A model generated the notes under the pieces. It had not been told where the DNA came from. It saw nothing but the letters and a program-made list of their open reading frames with translations, and searched no databases. A program made the translations under genes and the position numbers. DNA of 32,000 nt from the NCBI GenBank assembly GCA_003516025.1, contig CP023991.1:270001-302000 (forward strand), read 5' to 3'. Within the stretch, counting starts at the first letter, position 1. The number at the start of each line of letters is the position of its first letter. The stretch comes from Candidatus Saccharimonadota bacterium (GTDB taxonomy: Bacteria > Patescibacteriota > Saccharimonadia > Saccharimonadales > UBA4665). This document shows positions 13,518-22,365 of the stretch, piece after piece.

Positions 13518-14680
13518 TGGCTACTTTTTATGTTATGAACGCGAATACGCTGGCGGCGAAACAGGCTGTTGCCAGTGCCGGACTTGGCGGTGTTTACATC
13601 GCTGCGAATTGGGCGTCGCTTCAACCGAATGGAGCCGGATCGGCGTTGAATTCATCAGCTATAGCCGCCTTAAACCAGGAAATCGCGGATGCGCGCAGCC
13701 TTGGACTCGGTATCTGTTTTTCGCATTCTCCACAGTATTCCCCTAACTGGGTAAAATCTAGTGTTGAGCCATTCAAGGACCAAAATGGTGATGAATATCT
13801 GTCCACCGATTCGGGCAAACAGGTCCGTAACTGGTTCTGGACAGCCAACGGGCGGCAGTATATCGCTGATTTTTATACCAAAGTCTGGCAAGGGCTTACC
13901 CCGGAAAACCGAATGGCGGTGACCTACCTGAAATTTGGCGGTGGTTATTACGGTGAAATTCAATATCCTCCTGAAGTAGGGTCCTCTCCTGACTGGCTTT
14001 ACCGTGGATTCGGTAATTCTATGCAAACCGGAGTTGGCCTGGCACCGGGACTAACGGCCTGTCCTGAGCCGGGCTATGTTCCGTTTACCGGTTCGGATAG
14101 CCAGGATGTGGCGTGGATCAACTGGTTTCTGGGAGGAATCGAAGATTTTGTACGCTGGCAGATTGATTTGTTGAAGAGTCTCGGCTGGACATGCCCTTTA
14201 TTCGCTATGCATCCTGGTTACTCGGTGCGCAACAATACCGGCCGATCAAATAGTGGGTGGCGACAGAACTTTGCCATAGGAGTAGACTTCACCCGCATGA
14301 TGGGTATTTATAAAAATGACCCGCAAGTATGGCCATGGTCGACCTGGCTTGGCGGCTACGATGGCTGGACCCCTAACACGTTTGATTCTGACCAAGCTGC
14401 CTGGAAGAAACTGTACGCGACAGCCGCCGCCCACGGTAAGCATTATAATATTGGCGGAGAAAATACGGGTGGAGAAACAAATAGTGATCTCGATGCGATT
14501 CTTGATTCTGCTTTGGGAGCTACTCCGCCATCAACGACTGGTCCTATTTATAGTGACGGCAGACCTCAGACCGCTTGGTCGGGCTATAAACATATAATGT
14601 GGCTTGATTATGCCAGCCTTACCGCAGGCGGGTCGAACGCTACGCTTGCCCATTATGGTCAGAAGGCAGCCGCGGTCTAA
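13517..14680 (+). CDS. TIM-barrel glycoside-hydrolase-like protein (GH14/GH42-like pattern; family not resolved)
   Basis: The start ATG overlaps the upstream TAA (TAATG). WASLQPNG...LNQEIADARSLGLGICFSHSPQYSPNWV and GRQYIADFYTKVW...YLKFGGGYYGEIQYPP resemble beta-amylase/GH42-type barrel motifs. This is pattern matching by eye only. Confidence 0.45.
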   Translation: MATFYVMNANTLAAKQAVASAGLGGVYIAANWASLQPNGAGSALNSSAIAALNQEIADARSLGLGICFSHSPQYSPNWVKSSVEPFKDQNGDEYLSTDSGKQVRNWFWTANGRQYIADFYTKVWQGLTPENRMAVTYLKFGGGYYGEIQYPPEVGSSPDWLYRGFGNSMQTGVGLAPGLTACPEPGYVPFTGSDSQDVAWINWFLGGIEDFVRWQIDLLKSLGWTCPLFAMHPGYSVRNNTGRSNSGWRQNFAIGVDFTRMMGIYKNDPQVWPWSTWLGGYDGWTPNTFDSDQAAWKKLYATAAAHGKHYNIGGENTGGETNSDLDAILDSALGATPPSTTGPIYSDGRPQTAWSGYKHIMWLDYASLTAGGSNATLAHYGQKAAAV

Positions 14681-14732
14681 ACTTGCAATTAAATACAACG
14701 CTCCGCGCAATAATTCTTGCTAAAATATAAGG

Positions 14733-17009
14733 ATGCAAGAGGGCCAAGCTACAGATTTATTAACCGGACTCAATCCCGAGCAGGCCCGCGCGGTCGAAAC
14801 CACCGAAGGCCCGTTACTTATCCAGGCGGGTGCTGGATCCGGTAAGACCAAAACACTCACGCACCGCATCGCGTATCTGATCGCGACCCGGCGGGCCACT
14901 CCATACAACATTCTGGCCGTAACCTTCACTAACAAAGCGGCCCGTGAAATGCGCCAGCGCGTTGCCGAATTAACCGGCCAAAATGCCGATAATCGCGGCT
15001 TCATGCCTTACATGGGCACTTTTCACGGTATTTGCGTACGGTTACTCCGCCAGGATGGGGAGTACATCGGTGTACCGCGTTCTTTCGTGATTTTTGATGA
15101 GTCCGACCGCCAGGCAGCCGTCAAGCAGGCCAGCAAACAGCTGATGATCGATGAAAAGGCTTTTCCAGCCCGCCAGATTTCCAGCCTGATCAGTAATGCC
15201 AAGAACGAAGTTTTATCACCCGAAGAGTACCGCGGCATGGCCAATAGTCCAGGCCAGCAGGCGGCCGCTCAGGTGTATCCGGTGTACCAGCAGATTCTGA
15301 AGGACGCCGCGGCGCTTGATTTTGACGATCTCATCAACCGCACAGTGGCCATGCTAGAAAGCCACGTGGAGGTCCGCCAGAAGTGGCAGCAGCAGTTCAA
15401 GTACATCATGATTGATGAGTACCAGGATACCAATGCCGCCCAATACCGCCTGGTTAAACTGCTGACGAATCAACACAATAATGTGGCAGTCGTCGGCGAT
15501 GACTGGCAGTCAATTTATTCCTGGCGTGGCGCCGACTTCCGCAATATTCTTAATTTTGAACGTGATTACCCGGATTGCGCAGTTATTAAACTCGAGCAAA
15601 ATTACCGCAGTACAAAACATATATTAGACGCTGCCCATTCGGTTATCAGTAAGAATTTGCAGCGATCCGACAAAGAACTGTGGACTGATGCCGGCAACGG
15701 TTTACCGGTACAGATTTTGCAGGTCCAGAATGAGCGGGCTGAAGGCGAGTCGATTGTCATGCGGGTACGCCGTGGCATCGATGGCGGTACCCGTAGCTAC
15801 CGGGACCATGCCGTATTGTACCGTACCAACGCCCAGAGCCGTTCCATCGAAGAAGCTCTCATTCACTACGGCATACCGTATCGCATTGTCGGTGGCCAGC
15901 GTTTCTACGATCGCAAGGAAATCAAGGATATCTTGGCCTACCTGCGCCTGATTTACCAGCCGGAAGACCGTATGAGCTTTGAACGCATTGTTAATGTGCC
16001 GACCCGCGGTGTTGGTGCCAAGTCACTGGAAAACTTTTTCGGCTGGAAGTACGTAAACCAGTTTACGCTGCTGGACGCGCTGACACGGGCGCAGGAGTGT
16101 GACAGTATTACGCCCAAGGCCCGTAAGGCCATGAGCGAACTGGGCGACATCCTGTCTGGTTTACGTAACATTGTCGAGGAAACGCCGGTAACCACGCTGC
16201 TCGACAGCCTACTGAAGCGCATCGACTACTTACACTACCTGGACGACGGTACGCCACAGGGCGAATCACGCAAGGAAAACGTTAAGGAACTGCTGAGCGT
16301 GACGCAGGAATATCAGGAGCTCGGACTGGACGGCTTTTTGGAAGAAGTCAGCCTGGTGAGCGACCTTGATAGCGCCGACATGTCCAGCGACGCCGTGACG
16401 CTTATGACGCTGCACGCCGCCAAGGGCCTGGAGTTCCCGGTGGTCTTTATGGCTGGCCTGGAAGAGACTATTTTCCCGCATTCCCGCGCGTTGTACGACC
16501 AGAACGAGATGGAAGAAGAACGCCGCCTGATGTATGTCGGCATGACCCGCGCCCGCGAAGAACTGTACCTGTTATGCGCGACCAGCCGTATGTTATTCGG
16601 TGGGGTACAGCACAATCCGCCGAGCCGGTTCTTAAGTGAAATTGACGCTAACTTTCAGGAAGACAGCGGCAGCTTCGGTTTCAACCAGGGTGGCCGTGGA
16701 GTATACGGCCAGTCCGGTGGCCATGGCAGCGGCGCTTCCGGTGGAATGGCGGGCGGCATGTTCGGTGGTTTCGAATCGTACAGTATGCAAAATACGCCCG
16801 AACCCGGTATTTTAGGCGTGCCAGCAAAAGAAGAGTTCGATGACGGTCCGCGCTACGTACCGGATCTCAATGAAGGCGACGCCGTTAAGCACCAGGTTTT
16901 TGGACAGGGAACTATTGTTGAAATGGACGGTGATGTAGCTACTATCTATTTCAAGGGTAAGGGCGCTAAGAAACTAAACATATCTTTCGCGCCGCTCGAA
17001 AAGCTGTAG
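14733..17009 (+). CDS. pcrA: ATP-dependent DNA helicase PcrA/UvrD
   Basis: Walker A AGAGSGKT, plus DEYQDTN, NYRST and TLHAAKGLEF. A Gly-rich linker precedes the C-terminal small domain. Confidence 0.93.
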   Translation: MQEGQATDLLTGLNPEQARAVETTEGPLLIQAGAGSGKTKTLTHRIAYLIATRRATPYNILAVTFTNKAAREMRQRVAELTGQNADNRGFMPYMGTFHGICVRLLRQDGEYIGVPRSFVIFDESDRQAAVKQASKQLMIDEKAFPARQISSLISNAKNEVLSPEEYRGMANSPGQQAAAQVYPVYQQILKDAAALDFDDLINRTVAMLESHVEVRQKWQQQFKYIMIDEYQDTNAAQYRLVKLLTNQHNNVAVVGDDWQSIYSWRGADFRNILNFERDYPDCAVIKLEQNYRSTKHILDAAHSVISKNLQRSDKELWTDAGNGLPVQILQVQNERAEGESIVMRVRRGIDGGTRSYRDHAVLYRTNAQSRSIEEALIHYGIPYRIVGGQRFYDRKEIKDILAYLRLIYQPEDRMSFERIVNVPTRGVGAKSLENFFGWKYVNQFTLLDALTRAQECDSITPKARKAMSELGDILSGLRNIVEETPVTTLLDSLLKRIDYLHYLDDGTPQGESRKENVKELLSVTQEYQELGLDGFLEEVSLVSDLDSADMSSDAVTLMTLHAAKGLEFPVVFMAGLEETIFPHSRALYDQNEMEEERRLMYVGMTRAREELYLLCATSRMLFGGVQHNPPSRFLSEIDANFQEDSGSFGFNQGGRGVYGQSGGHGSGASGGMAGGMFGGFESYSMQNTPEPGILGVPAKEEFDDGPRYVPDLNEGDAVKHQVFGQGTIVEMDGDVATIYFKGKGAKKLNISFAPLEKL

Positions 17010-17066
17010 CGGCATCGCGGCGCTTATTTTGGCAGCAAGGTAGTTAAAAATACATATTAAAGGATT

Positions 17067-17099
17067 TTGTACGCTACTTTGTACGTTCCAGCGTACAAA
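17067..17099. promoter_or_regulatory. Candidate operator with three TTTGTACG half-sites
   Basis: TTTGTACG at 17067-17074 and at 17078-17085 (direct), and CGTACAAA at 17092-17099 (inverted). TTGTACGCT/AGCGTACAA form a 9-bp inverted repeat. The site lies ~75 nt upstream of an extended -10, TGTTACAAT (17172-17180). Confidence 0.4.
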
Positions 17100-17213
17100 T
17101 CAAGATTAGTGCCGTTTTTAACGTAGTGGCAGATGTGGTCAAAAGGTCGGCTATCGGGGAGCTGGCGCATTTGTTACAATAGTAGTCATACCCCAGTGGT
17201 GTTTACTTCATTT

Positions 17214-18509
17214 ATGTCAAAGCTGCAGCGTTATCAAGCGCATTATTACAAGTCTAAAAACCATGGTGTCCGGCGCATTCGGTCAATTCATACCGCCGCC
17301 CGGCATCCGTTCGCGGTGCCCGTTTTTACTATCGTAGGGCTTCTGTTGGTGACGGCCGGTATTTTCGCTTTTGTGCGCACCCGCCAGCCCGAGAGTATCG
17401 ACCCTAATATCGTGGTGATTTCACATGATAATCAGAAGCAGATCGTTTCCAGTAAGGAACCGACCGTTAAGGCGCTGCTCGCCAAACTAGACCTGAAGGT
17501 GAGCGAAGGTGATGTCGTCGAACCCGCCCTTGACACGCCCATCCGCCAGGATGACTTCCGCATCAATATTTACCGGGCATTACCGATTGAGATCATTGAT
17601 GGCGGCCAGAAAATTTTTGCTTTAAGCGCCGGTACGACGGAGCGGACCATGGCCAGCACGGCTGGCGTTACATTGTATCCCGAAGACAAACTGACGCAGG
17701 CGCCAATTACCGACTTTGTGTCTAATGCCGCCATCGGCGAGCAGGTAGTGATCGAGCGGGCGACGCCAGTAAATGTAAATCTGTACGGCGCTCCGGTAGT
17801 CATGCGCACCCATGCCACCACTGTAGGCGGGTTGTTGCGTGAGCGTAATATCCAGTTGAAGCCACAGGATCAAGTGAAGCCGGACTTAAGTACGCCGCTG
17901 GCGAACGCCAGTCAAGTGGCTATTATTCGTAATGGTCTGTCGACCGTGACTGTTCAGGAAGACATCGCCATGCCGGTGGAGTCAGTCCCGGATAATACAT
18001 TGGCATATGGCACGTCTGCTGTACGCCAGGCGGGATCTCCAGGCAAAAAAGCGGTTACATATGAGATCAACACCCAGAACGGCGTGGAAGTCGGCCGCCG
18101 GGCCGTACAGGAAACAATCGTGCAACAGCCGGTCAAGCAGATTACCGTCACGGGCACCAACCTGAGTGGTATTAAGGGAGATATGGCGCTGGCGGGCATC
18201 GCGCCGTCAGATTACCAGTACGCGGATTATATAATCAGCCATGAGTCAGGCTGGTGCCCGACTAAGTGGCAAGGTGAGTATGGCGGTTGCCCGGCCTATC
18301 ATGGCACACCGACGTCCGCCGGTATCGGTTATGGCTTATGCCAGGCGACGCCAGGTTATAAAATGGCCAGCGCTGGTGCTGATTGGGGTTCTAACCCGGT
18401 AACACAGCTGCGCTGGTGTGATGGCTACGCCAAAGCCCGGACGTTCGGCTCTTACGGCAAGGGCTGGTATGCCGCTTATCAGTACTGGCTAGTTAATAAA
18501 CACTGGTAA
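17214..18509 (+). CDS. YabE-like cell-wall protein with DUF348 repeats, a G5 domain and a C-terminal lysozyme-like (Apf/IsaA-type) domain
   Basis: An N-terminal TM, about three DUF348-like repeats, a G5-like block (AYGTSAVRQAGSPGKKAVTYEI...ITVTGT), and a C-terminus of IISHESGW...GYGLCQATPG...YQYWLVNKHW. Its position upstream of rsmA matches the yabE...ksgA arrangement in Bacillus subtilis. ATG 17214 is preferred over 17133 because the -10 box lies at 17175-17180. Confidence 0.75.
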   Translation: MSKLQRYQAHYYKSKNHGVRRIRSIHTAARHPFAVPVFTIVGLLLVTAGIFAFVRTRQPESIDPNIVVISHDNQKQIVSSKEPTVKALLAKLDLKVSEGDVVEPALDTPIRQDDFRINIYRALPIEIIDGGQKIFALSAGTTERTMASTAGVTLYPEDKLTQAPITDFVSNAAIGEQVVIERATPVNVNLYGAPVVMRTHATTVGGLLRERNIQLKPQDQVKPDLSTPLANASQVAIIRNGLSTVTVQEDIAMPVESVPDNTLAYGTSAVRQAGSPGKKAVTYEINTQNGVEVGRRAVQETIVQQPVKQITVTGTNLSGIKGDMALAGIAPSDYQYADYIISHESGWCPTKWQGEYGGCPAYHGTPTSAGIGYGLCQATPGYKMASAGADWGSNPVTQLRWCDGYAKARTFGSYGKGWYAAYQYWLVNKHW

Positions 18510-18516
18510 TGAATAT

Positions 18517-19308
18517 ATGAGTAAAGAACCTATTCCTAAAAAATCACTTGGCCAGCACTGGCTGGAAGATGAAACCAGCCTGTGGGCAATGATTGACTAT
18601 TCCGGCGTAACCGGTGATGATACCGTTCTGGAAGTTGGCCCTGGCCTCGGCCCGCTTACGAAACTGCTAGTTGATGAAGCGGAGCAGGTGATAGCCGTAG
18701 AATTTGACCAGGAACTGGCCGCTGGCCTGGCTAAACGGGTTCCAGCCAGTAACTTGCTGGTCGTGCAAAAAGATATTTTGCAGTTTGACCTGACCAGTCT
18801 GCCTCCCGGCTACAAAGTAGTGGCTAATATCCCGTATTATCTTACAAGCAAGCTGGTCCGCGTGTTGTCCGAGTCGCCAAATCCGCCAGCCATTGCCACA
18901 TTGCTGATCCAAAAGGAAGTTGCCGAGCGCCTGGCGGCCAAGCCGGGCCAGCTGTCTATCCTGGGCGTGACATCGCAGTTCTACTGGGAAGTTAGCCTCG
19001 GGCCGGTGGTTGGCGCCGAACTGTTTACGCCACCACCGAAAGTCGATTCACAGATCGCAATCCTGACCCGCCGCTCCCAGCCACTATTTCCGGATGTCGA
19101 TGTCCGTGACTTCTTCCGGCTGGTTAAGGCTGGCTTCGGTGAAAAACGAAAAACCCTGCTGAACGCCTTGAGTGCTGGACTGCATATGGATAAGCCAGAA
19201 GTTACTGAATGGTTGCATGCCGCAGGCATCAATCCGCAACTGCGTGCCCAGGCCTTGTCGCTTGAGGACTGGCATAAGTTATACCTGTCCCGGCCAGCTA
19301 AACCGTAA
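18517..19308 (+). CDS. rsmA: 16S rRNA (adenine1518/1519-N6)-dimethyltransferase RsmA/KsgA
   Basis: Motifs seen: KSLGQHWL, the SAM-binding motif VLEVGPGLGPLT, and ANIPYYLTS. Confidence 0.93.
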   Translation: MSKEPIPKKSLGQHWLEDETSLWAMIDYSGVTGDDTVLEVGPGLGPLTKLLVDEAEQVIAVEFDQELAAGLAKRVPASNLLVVQKDILQFDLTSLPPGYKVVANIPYYLTSKLVRVLSESPNPPAIATLLIQKEVAERLAAKPGQLSILGVTSQFYWEVSLGPVVGAELFTPPPKVDSQIAILTRRSQPLFPDVDVRDFFRLVKAGFGEKRKTLLNALSAGLHMDKPEVTEWLHAAGINPQLRAQALSLEDWHKLYLSRPAKP

Positions 19309-19313
19309 GCGTA

Positions 19314-19342
19314 TTGCATTATTGGCCGGAATTTGCTATAAT
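19314..19342 (+). promoter_or_regulatory. Candidate promoter: TTGCAT, 17-nt spacer, TATAAT
   Basis: TTGCAT at 19314-19319, a 17-nt spacer, then TATAAT at 19337-19342. It lies ~75 nt upstream of the tmRNA 5' end. Confidence 0.45.
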
Positions 19343-19417
19343 AGGCTGAGCTACCGGTATAAAACGCTGGCAGCTTAATTCGGCGTGATACAACACGTTA
19401 GATGAAAATATGATTAT

Positions 19418-19822
19418 GGGGCTGAATTTTAAGCTCGACGTTGGACTTTATCGGTTATATTTGCAGGTCGCTTGCCAGCGCGGATTTTTCCCAATAGGCA
19501 AACCATTTTAGATGCAAAATCTAAAGTTAGCGACATGGTTGCAAGCATCGATAACATCCTTGCTCAGCGCCAGTTCGCACTAGCAGCCTAATTATTTAGA
19601 CTGCCGTGCTCGACGAGACATCAGATATCAGAAAAGCGCGCCAAATTCATCTGGTTGCCCGGGGCTCCTATCCATAGTGCCCGTTAAGATTTAGGATTGC
19701 TGCCACGGAATGTTTGTCATTTTAAATAGCCGTGGTTTAAGATCAAAAAACTGACTACACCTGTAGACGATATGCCAAAGATAAACCGGCGGACGCGGGG
19801 GCGGTACCCGCCAGCTCCACCA
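19418..19822 (+). ncRNA. ssrA: tmRNA (SsrA)
   Basis: The 5' end GGGGCTGAATTTTAAGCTCGACG pairs with the 3' end CAGCTCCACCA, giving an acceptor stem with a G3:U pair and terminal ACCA. There is a T-arm-like GCGGG/CCCGC. An internal open frame ends ...DNILAQRQFALAA-TAA. Confidence 0.85.
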
Positions 19823-19832
19823 TATGACTATG

Positions 19833-19856
19833 AAAGACCTTTCGGGGTCTTTTTTA
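19833..19856 (+). terminator. Rho-independent terminator after the tmRNA
   Basis: AAAGACC, tttcg, GGGTCTTTTTT. Confidence 0.7.
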
Positions 19857-19890
19857 TTTAGTGCGGCATAGATGGTGGTATACTTGCCGG

Positions 19891-20445
19891 ATGAAGCCGA
19901 GATTTGTTTTTGTGCATGGTATTGGTGCGACTACCTGGGAAAACCCTTGGGCCTCTTGGCTTAAGCAAAAGTTGGATACGGCCGGCTATGATACTCATTT
20001 TCAGACAATGCCCGACCCACAGCAAGCCCGCAAGCATATTTGGTTACCATATCTTGAAAACGAGGTTAAAGTCGGCTCAAGCGACGTTATCATTGGCTAC
20101 TCATCCGGTGCCGTAGCGGCCATGCGATATGCGGAAAACCATAAGATATTGGGATCGGTCCTAATTTCTCCAAGCTACACAGATCTCGGCGACGCCGACG
20201 AACAGGCGAGCGGCTACTTCGATGAGCTGTGGAACTGGAAGGCAATTAAGTCCAATCAGAAAAAGATTGCCTTGGTGTTTGGAGACGATGATCCGTATAT
20301 TCCACAGCAGGATTTTGCCTACATAGCAGTGCATATCGGCCCTGAAAAGCTGAAAATACCGGGCGGCGGCCACTTTAATGAGCGGCAGGACTTTCACGAA
20401 GTACTCAGCTATATCGAACGAACGTATCCGCTCTTACGGGCGTAG
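19891..20445 (+). CDS. Alpha/beta serine hydrolase, RBBP9/YdeN-like; second family member in the window
   Basis: MKPRFVFVHG, the nucleophile elbow GYSSG, DDDPYIP, and the late His in GGGHF. Size is ~184 aa. ATG 19891 is preferred over the track start at 19861. Confidence 0.65.
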   Translation: MKPRFVFVHGIGATTWENPWASWLKQKLDTAGYDTHFQTMPDPQQARKHIWLPYLENEVKVGSSDVIIGYSSGAVAAMRYAENHKILGSVLISPSYTDLGDADEQASGYFDELWNWKAIKSNQKKIALVFGDDDPYIPQQDFAYIAVHIGPEKLKIPGGGHFNERQDFHEVLSYIERTYPLLRA

Positions 20446-20501
20446 TGTATTGCTATTTCGCTTATGTCTAACTATGATGAGGGCATAAACAGGAATATGC
20501 T

Positions 20502-21224
20502 ATGAAATATGTCCCCAAGGCGCAAGGATTTCACACTGTGGCGGCAGCAATGGTGCTGCTAGTGGTTGGCGCAGCGGGTTTGGCGGGATGGAAAGTAGCA
20601 CAGAATCAGCGGGCCGAGACTGCGGCATCAAGTAATGAAACTGCTCAAGAAAAGCCTCGGCCGGCTGCCCCGACGCTTCCCGATGGCTGGAGGTTGTACG
20701 CCGATGAAAAAGTCGGCATACAGTTCGGTTATCCGGCGTCGTTCGGTAGCTTCACCGTTTCACCAAAAGATGATTTACAGTATTCACCACAGTTAGAGTC
20801 GGGCATGCGGAGCGACATCGCGGCGGCCCCATATATTCCGGGGCTTTCCGGGCGTTTTTCTGTGGAAACCCATAAAAAGGGAAACTTTGAATCTGCCAGT
20901 ACCAAATATGGCCCAACTATAAAACTTACAGGTGATACATGGATAGTATCGAAGTTAAACGGCAGTAACCCCACGACTTATAAAGTTGGGGATGAGTATA
21001 CCGACATACAACGCCGTAACAGTGCCGGCACTAATGTGTACGCTATAGAGTCAGGTGACGAGGGAGTGTACCGGTATAGTATCTATTTCGTAACCAATGG
21101 CCGTTTACATGAACTCCATCTGCCTTCGTTCGATACCGGTGCTTACAGTGGCGATACCTTTAATGACAAATCAATGTATGATGATTTTTACCAGCAGCTG
21201 CTGGAGACTGTCACGCCGTATTAA
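20502..21224 (+). CDS. Hypothetical membrane-anchored or secreted protein
   Basis: An N-terminal TM (VAAAMVLLVVGAAGLAGW), a Pro/Ala linker, and a ~170-aa domain beginning GWRLYADEKVGIQFGYPASF. No family was recognised. Confidence 0.55.
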   Translation: MKYVPKAQGFHTVAAAMVLLVVGAAGLAGWKVAQNQRAETAASSNETAQEKPRPAAPTLPDGWRLYADEKVGIQFGYPASFGSFTVSPKDDLQYSPQLESGMRSDIAAAPYIPGLSGRFSVETHKKGNFESASTKYGPTIKLTGDTWIVSKLNGSNPTTYKVGDEYTDIQRRNSAGTNVYAIESGDEGVYRYSIYFVTNGRLHELHLPSFDTGAYSGDTFNDKSMYDDFYQQLLETVTPY

Positions 21225-22228
21225 CCACGCCGTTTGTTGGCGGCGAGTAATCCGAGACCGATAAGTCCTATGGTTGCGGCTAAGACACCGCCCGTTATCA
21301 TGTTAAAACGGTCGGCCCGCAGGCGTTTTTCGCGCCAACCTCCGCGCATGCCGCGGTTTTCGTCAAGCGTGTCGTATAAGTTGCCAGAGGTAGGCGCGGC
21401 ATCTTCATCGGCCAACAAGTCAGCATCGGTAAACTTGCCAACCTGTTTTTCGTACATTCCCGGCAAATGCGTACGCTGCAATGCCATGAGTGTTCCAATG
21501 GGTCCGACGTACTTCTCGCGCCGGGGTTTTTCCGCGACGGCGTATATATGCTTGGCAACGTAGGCCGGATCGTAGACCGGTTCGATCGCCTGAATCTTAT
21601 GTCCGCTATAGTTGGCGCCGTTTTGGAACAGGTTGGTGTCTATGCCGGCTGGCATAATGGTACAGACATTGATTTTGCCGAGCAGACCTTCCAGGCGCAG
21701 TTCCATGCGGATTGACTCGTCGAGCGCCCGGACGGCGGCTTTACTGGCACTGTAAGCCGAAACATAGGGCTGAGGAGCGGCGGCATTAACGCTGCTGACA
21801 TTTATGAGCGTTCCATAGTCCTGCTCGCGAAACTGAGCTAAGGCAGCGTGGCTGCCATGCACGTAGCCAAAAAAGTTGACGTCCATGAGGCGCCGCATAT
21901 CTTTGAGGGGTAAATCATCGAATTTTCCAACCAGGTAGACGCCGGCGTTGTTAATCCAGATGTCAATATGGCCAAACGCCTCGACGGCGCGGCCGCAGAG
22001 GTCGTGCACCTGCTCGTCATCGCTCACGTCTGTCATGACGGCTAAGGTTTCAATCCCCATCTCTTCGCAGCGGCGGGCCACTTCTTTGAGTTCGTCCATC
22101 CGGCGGGCAGCCAACACGATATTGTAGCCGTTTTCAGCGAACTGCAGGGCAGTGGCCATGCCGATACCACTCGAAGCCCCGGTAATTACGGCAACTTTAC
22201 GTTCAGTAGGGCCTTCTTTTGCTGTCAT
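21221..22228 (-). CDS. Short-chain dehydrogenase/reductase with a C-terminal TM tail
   Basis: Motifs seen: TGASSGIG, NNAG and YSASKAA (YxxxK). The C-terminus is ITGGVLAATIGLIGLGLLAANKRRG. ATG 22228 has AAGGAG 6 nt upstream and is preferred over the track's TTG 22249. Confidence 0.85.
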   Translation of the reverse strand: MTAKEGPTERKVAVITGASSGIGMATALQFAENGYNIVLAARRMDELKEVARRCEEMGIETLAVMTDVSDDEQVHDLCGRAVEAFGHIDIWINNAGVYLVGKFDDLPLKDMRRLMDVNFFGYVHGSHAALAQFREQDYGTLINVSSVNAAAPQPYVSAYSASKAAVRALDESIRMELRLEGLLGKINVCTIMPAGIDTNLFQNGANYSGHKIQAIEPVYDPAYVAKHIYAVAEKPRREKYVGPIGTLMALQRTHLPGMYEKQVGKFTDADLLADEDAAPTSGNLYDTLDENRGMRGGWREKRLRADRFNMITGGVLAATIGLIGLGLLAANKRRG

Positions 22229-22275
22229 GACTGTCTCCTTGTCCTTCAATGTAAATACTGTATATATTCAGTTAA

Positions 22276-22316
22276 AACCTGTTATCGTCATATATCAGTC
22301 AGAAAACTAACAGGTT
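22276..22316. promoter_or_regulatory. 9-bp perfect inverted repeat in a divergent intergenic region
   Basis: AACCTGTTA (22276-22284) and TAACAGGTT (22308-22316), 23 nt apart, between the SDR gene (-) and the GH6 gene (+). Confidence 0.35.
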
Positions 22317-22365
22317 AGAGCCGCGGATTGGCCTTTTAGCACGATTAGCCTACTATAAAGGTACG

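Noticed and set aside
16670-16790. A Gly-rich repetitive coding stretch (GGRGVYGQSGGHGSGASGGMAGGMFGG)
   Set aside because: It lies in frame within pcrA, between the helicase core and the C-terminal small domain. It is a low-complexity linker, not a DNA repeat element.
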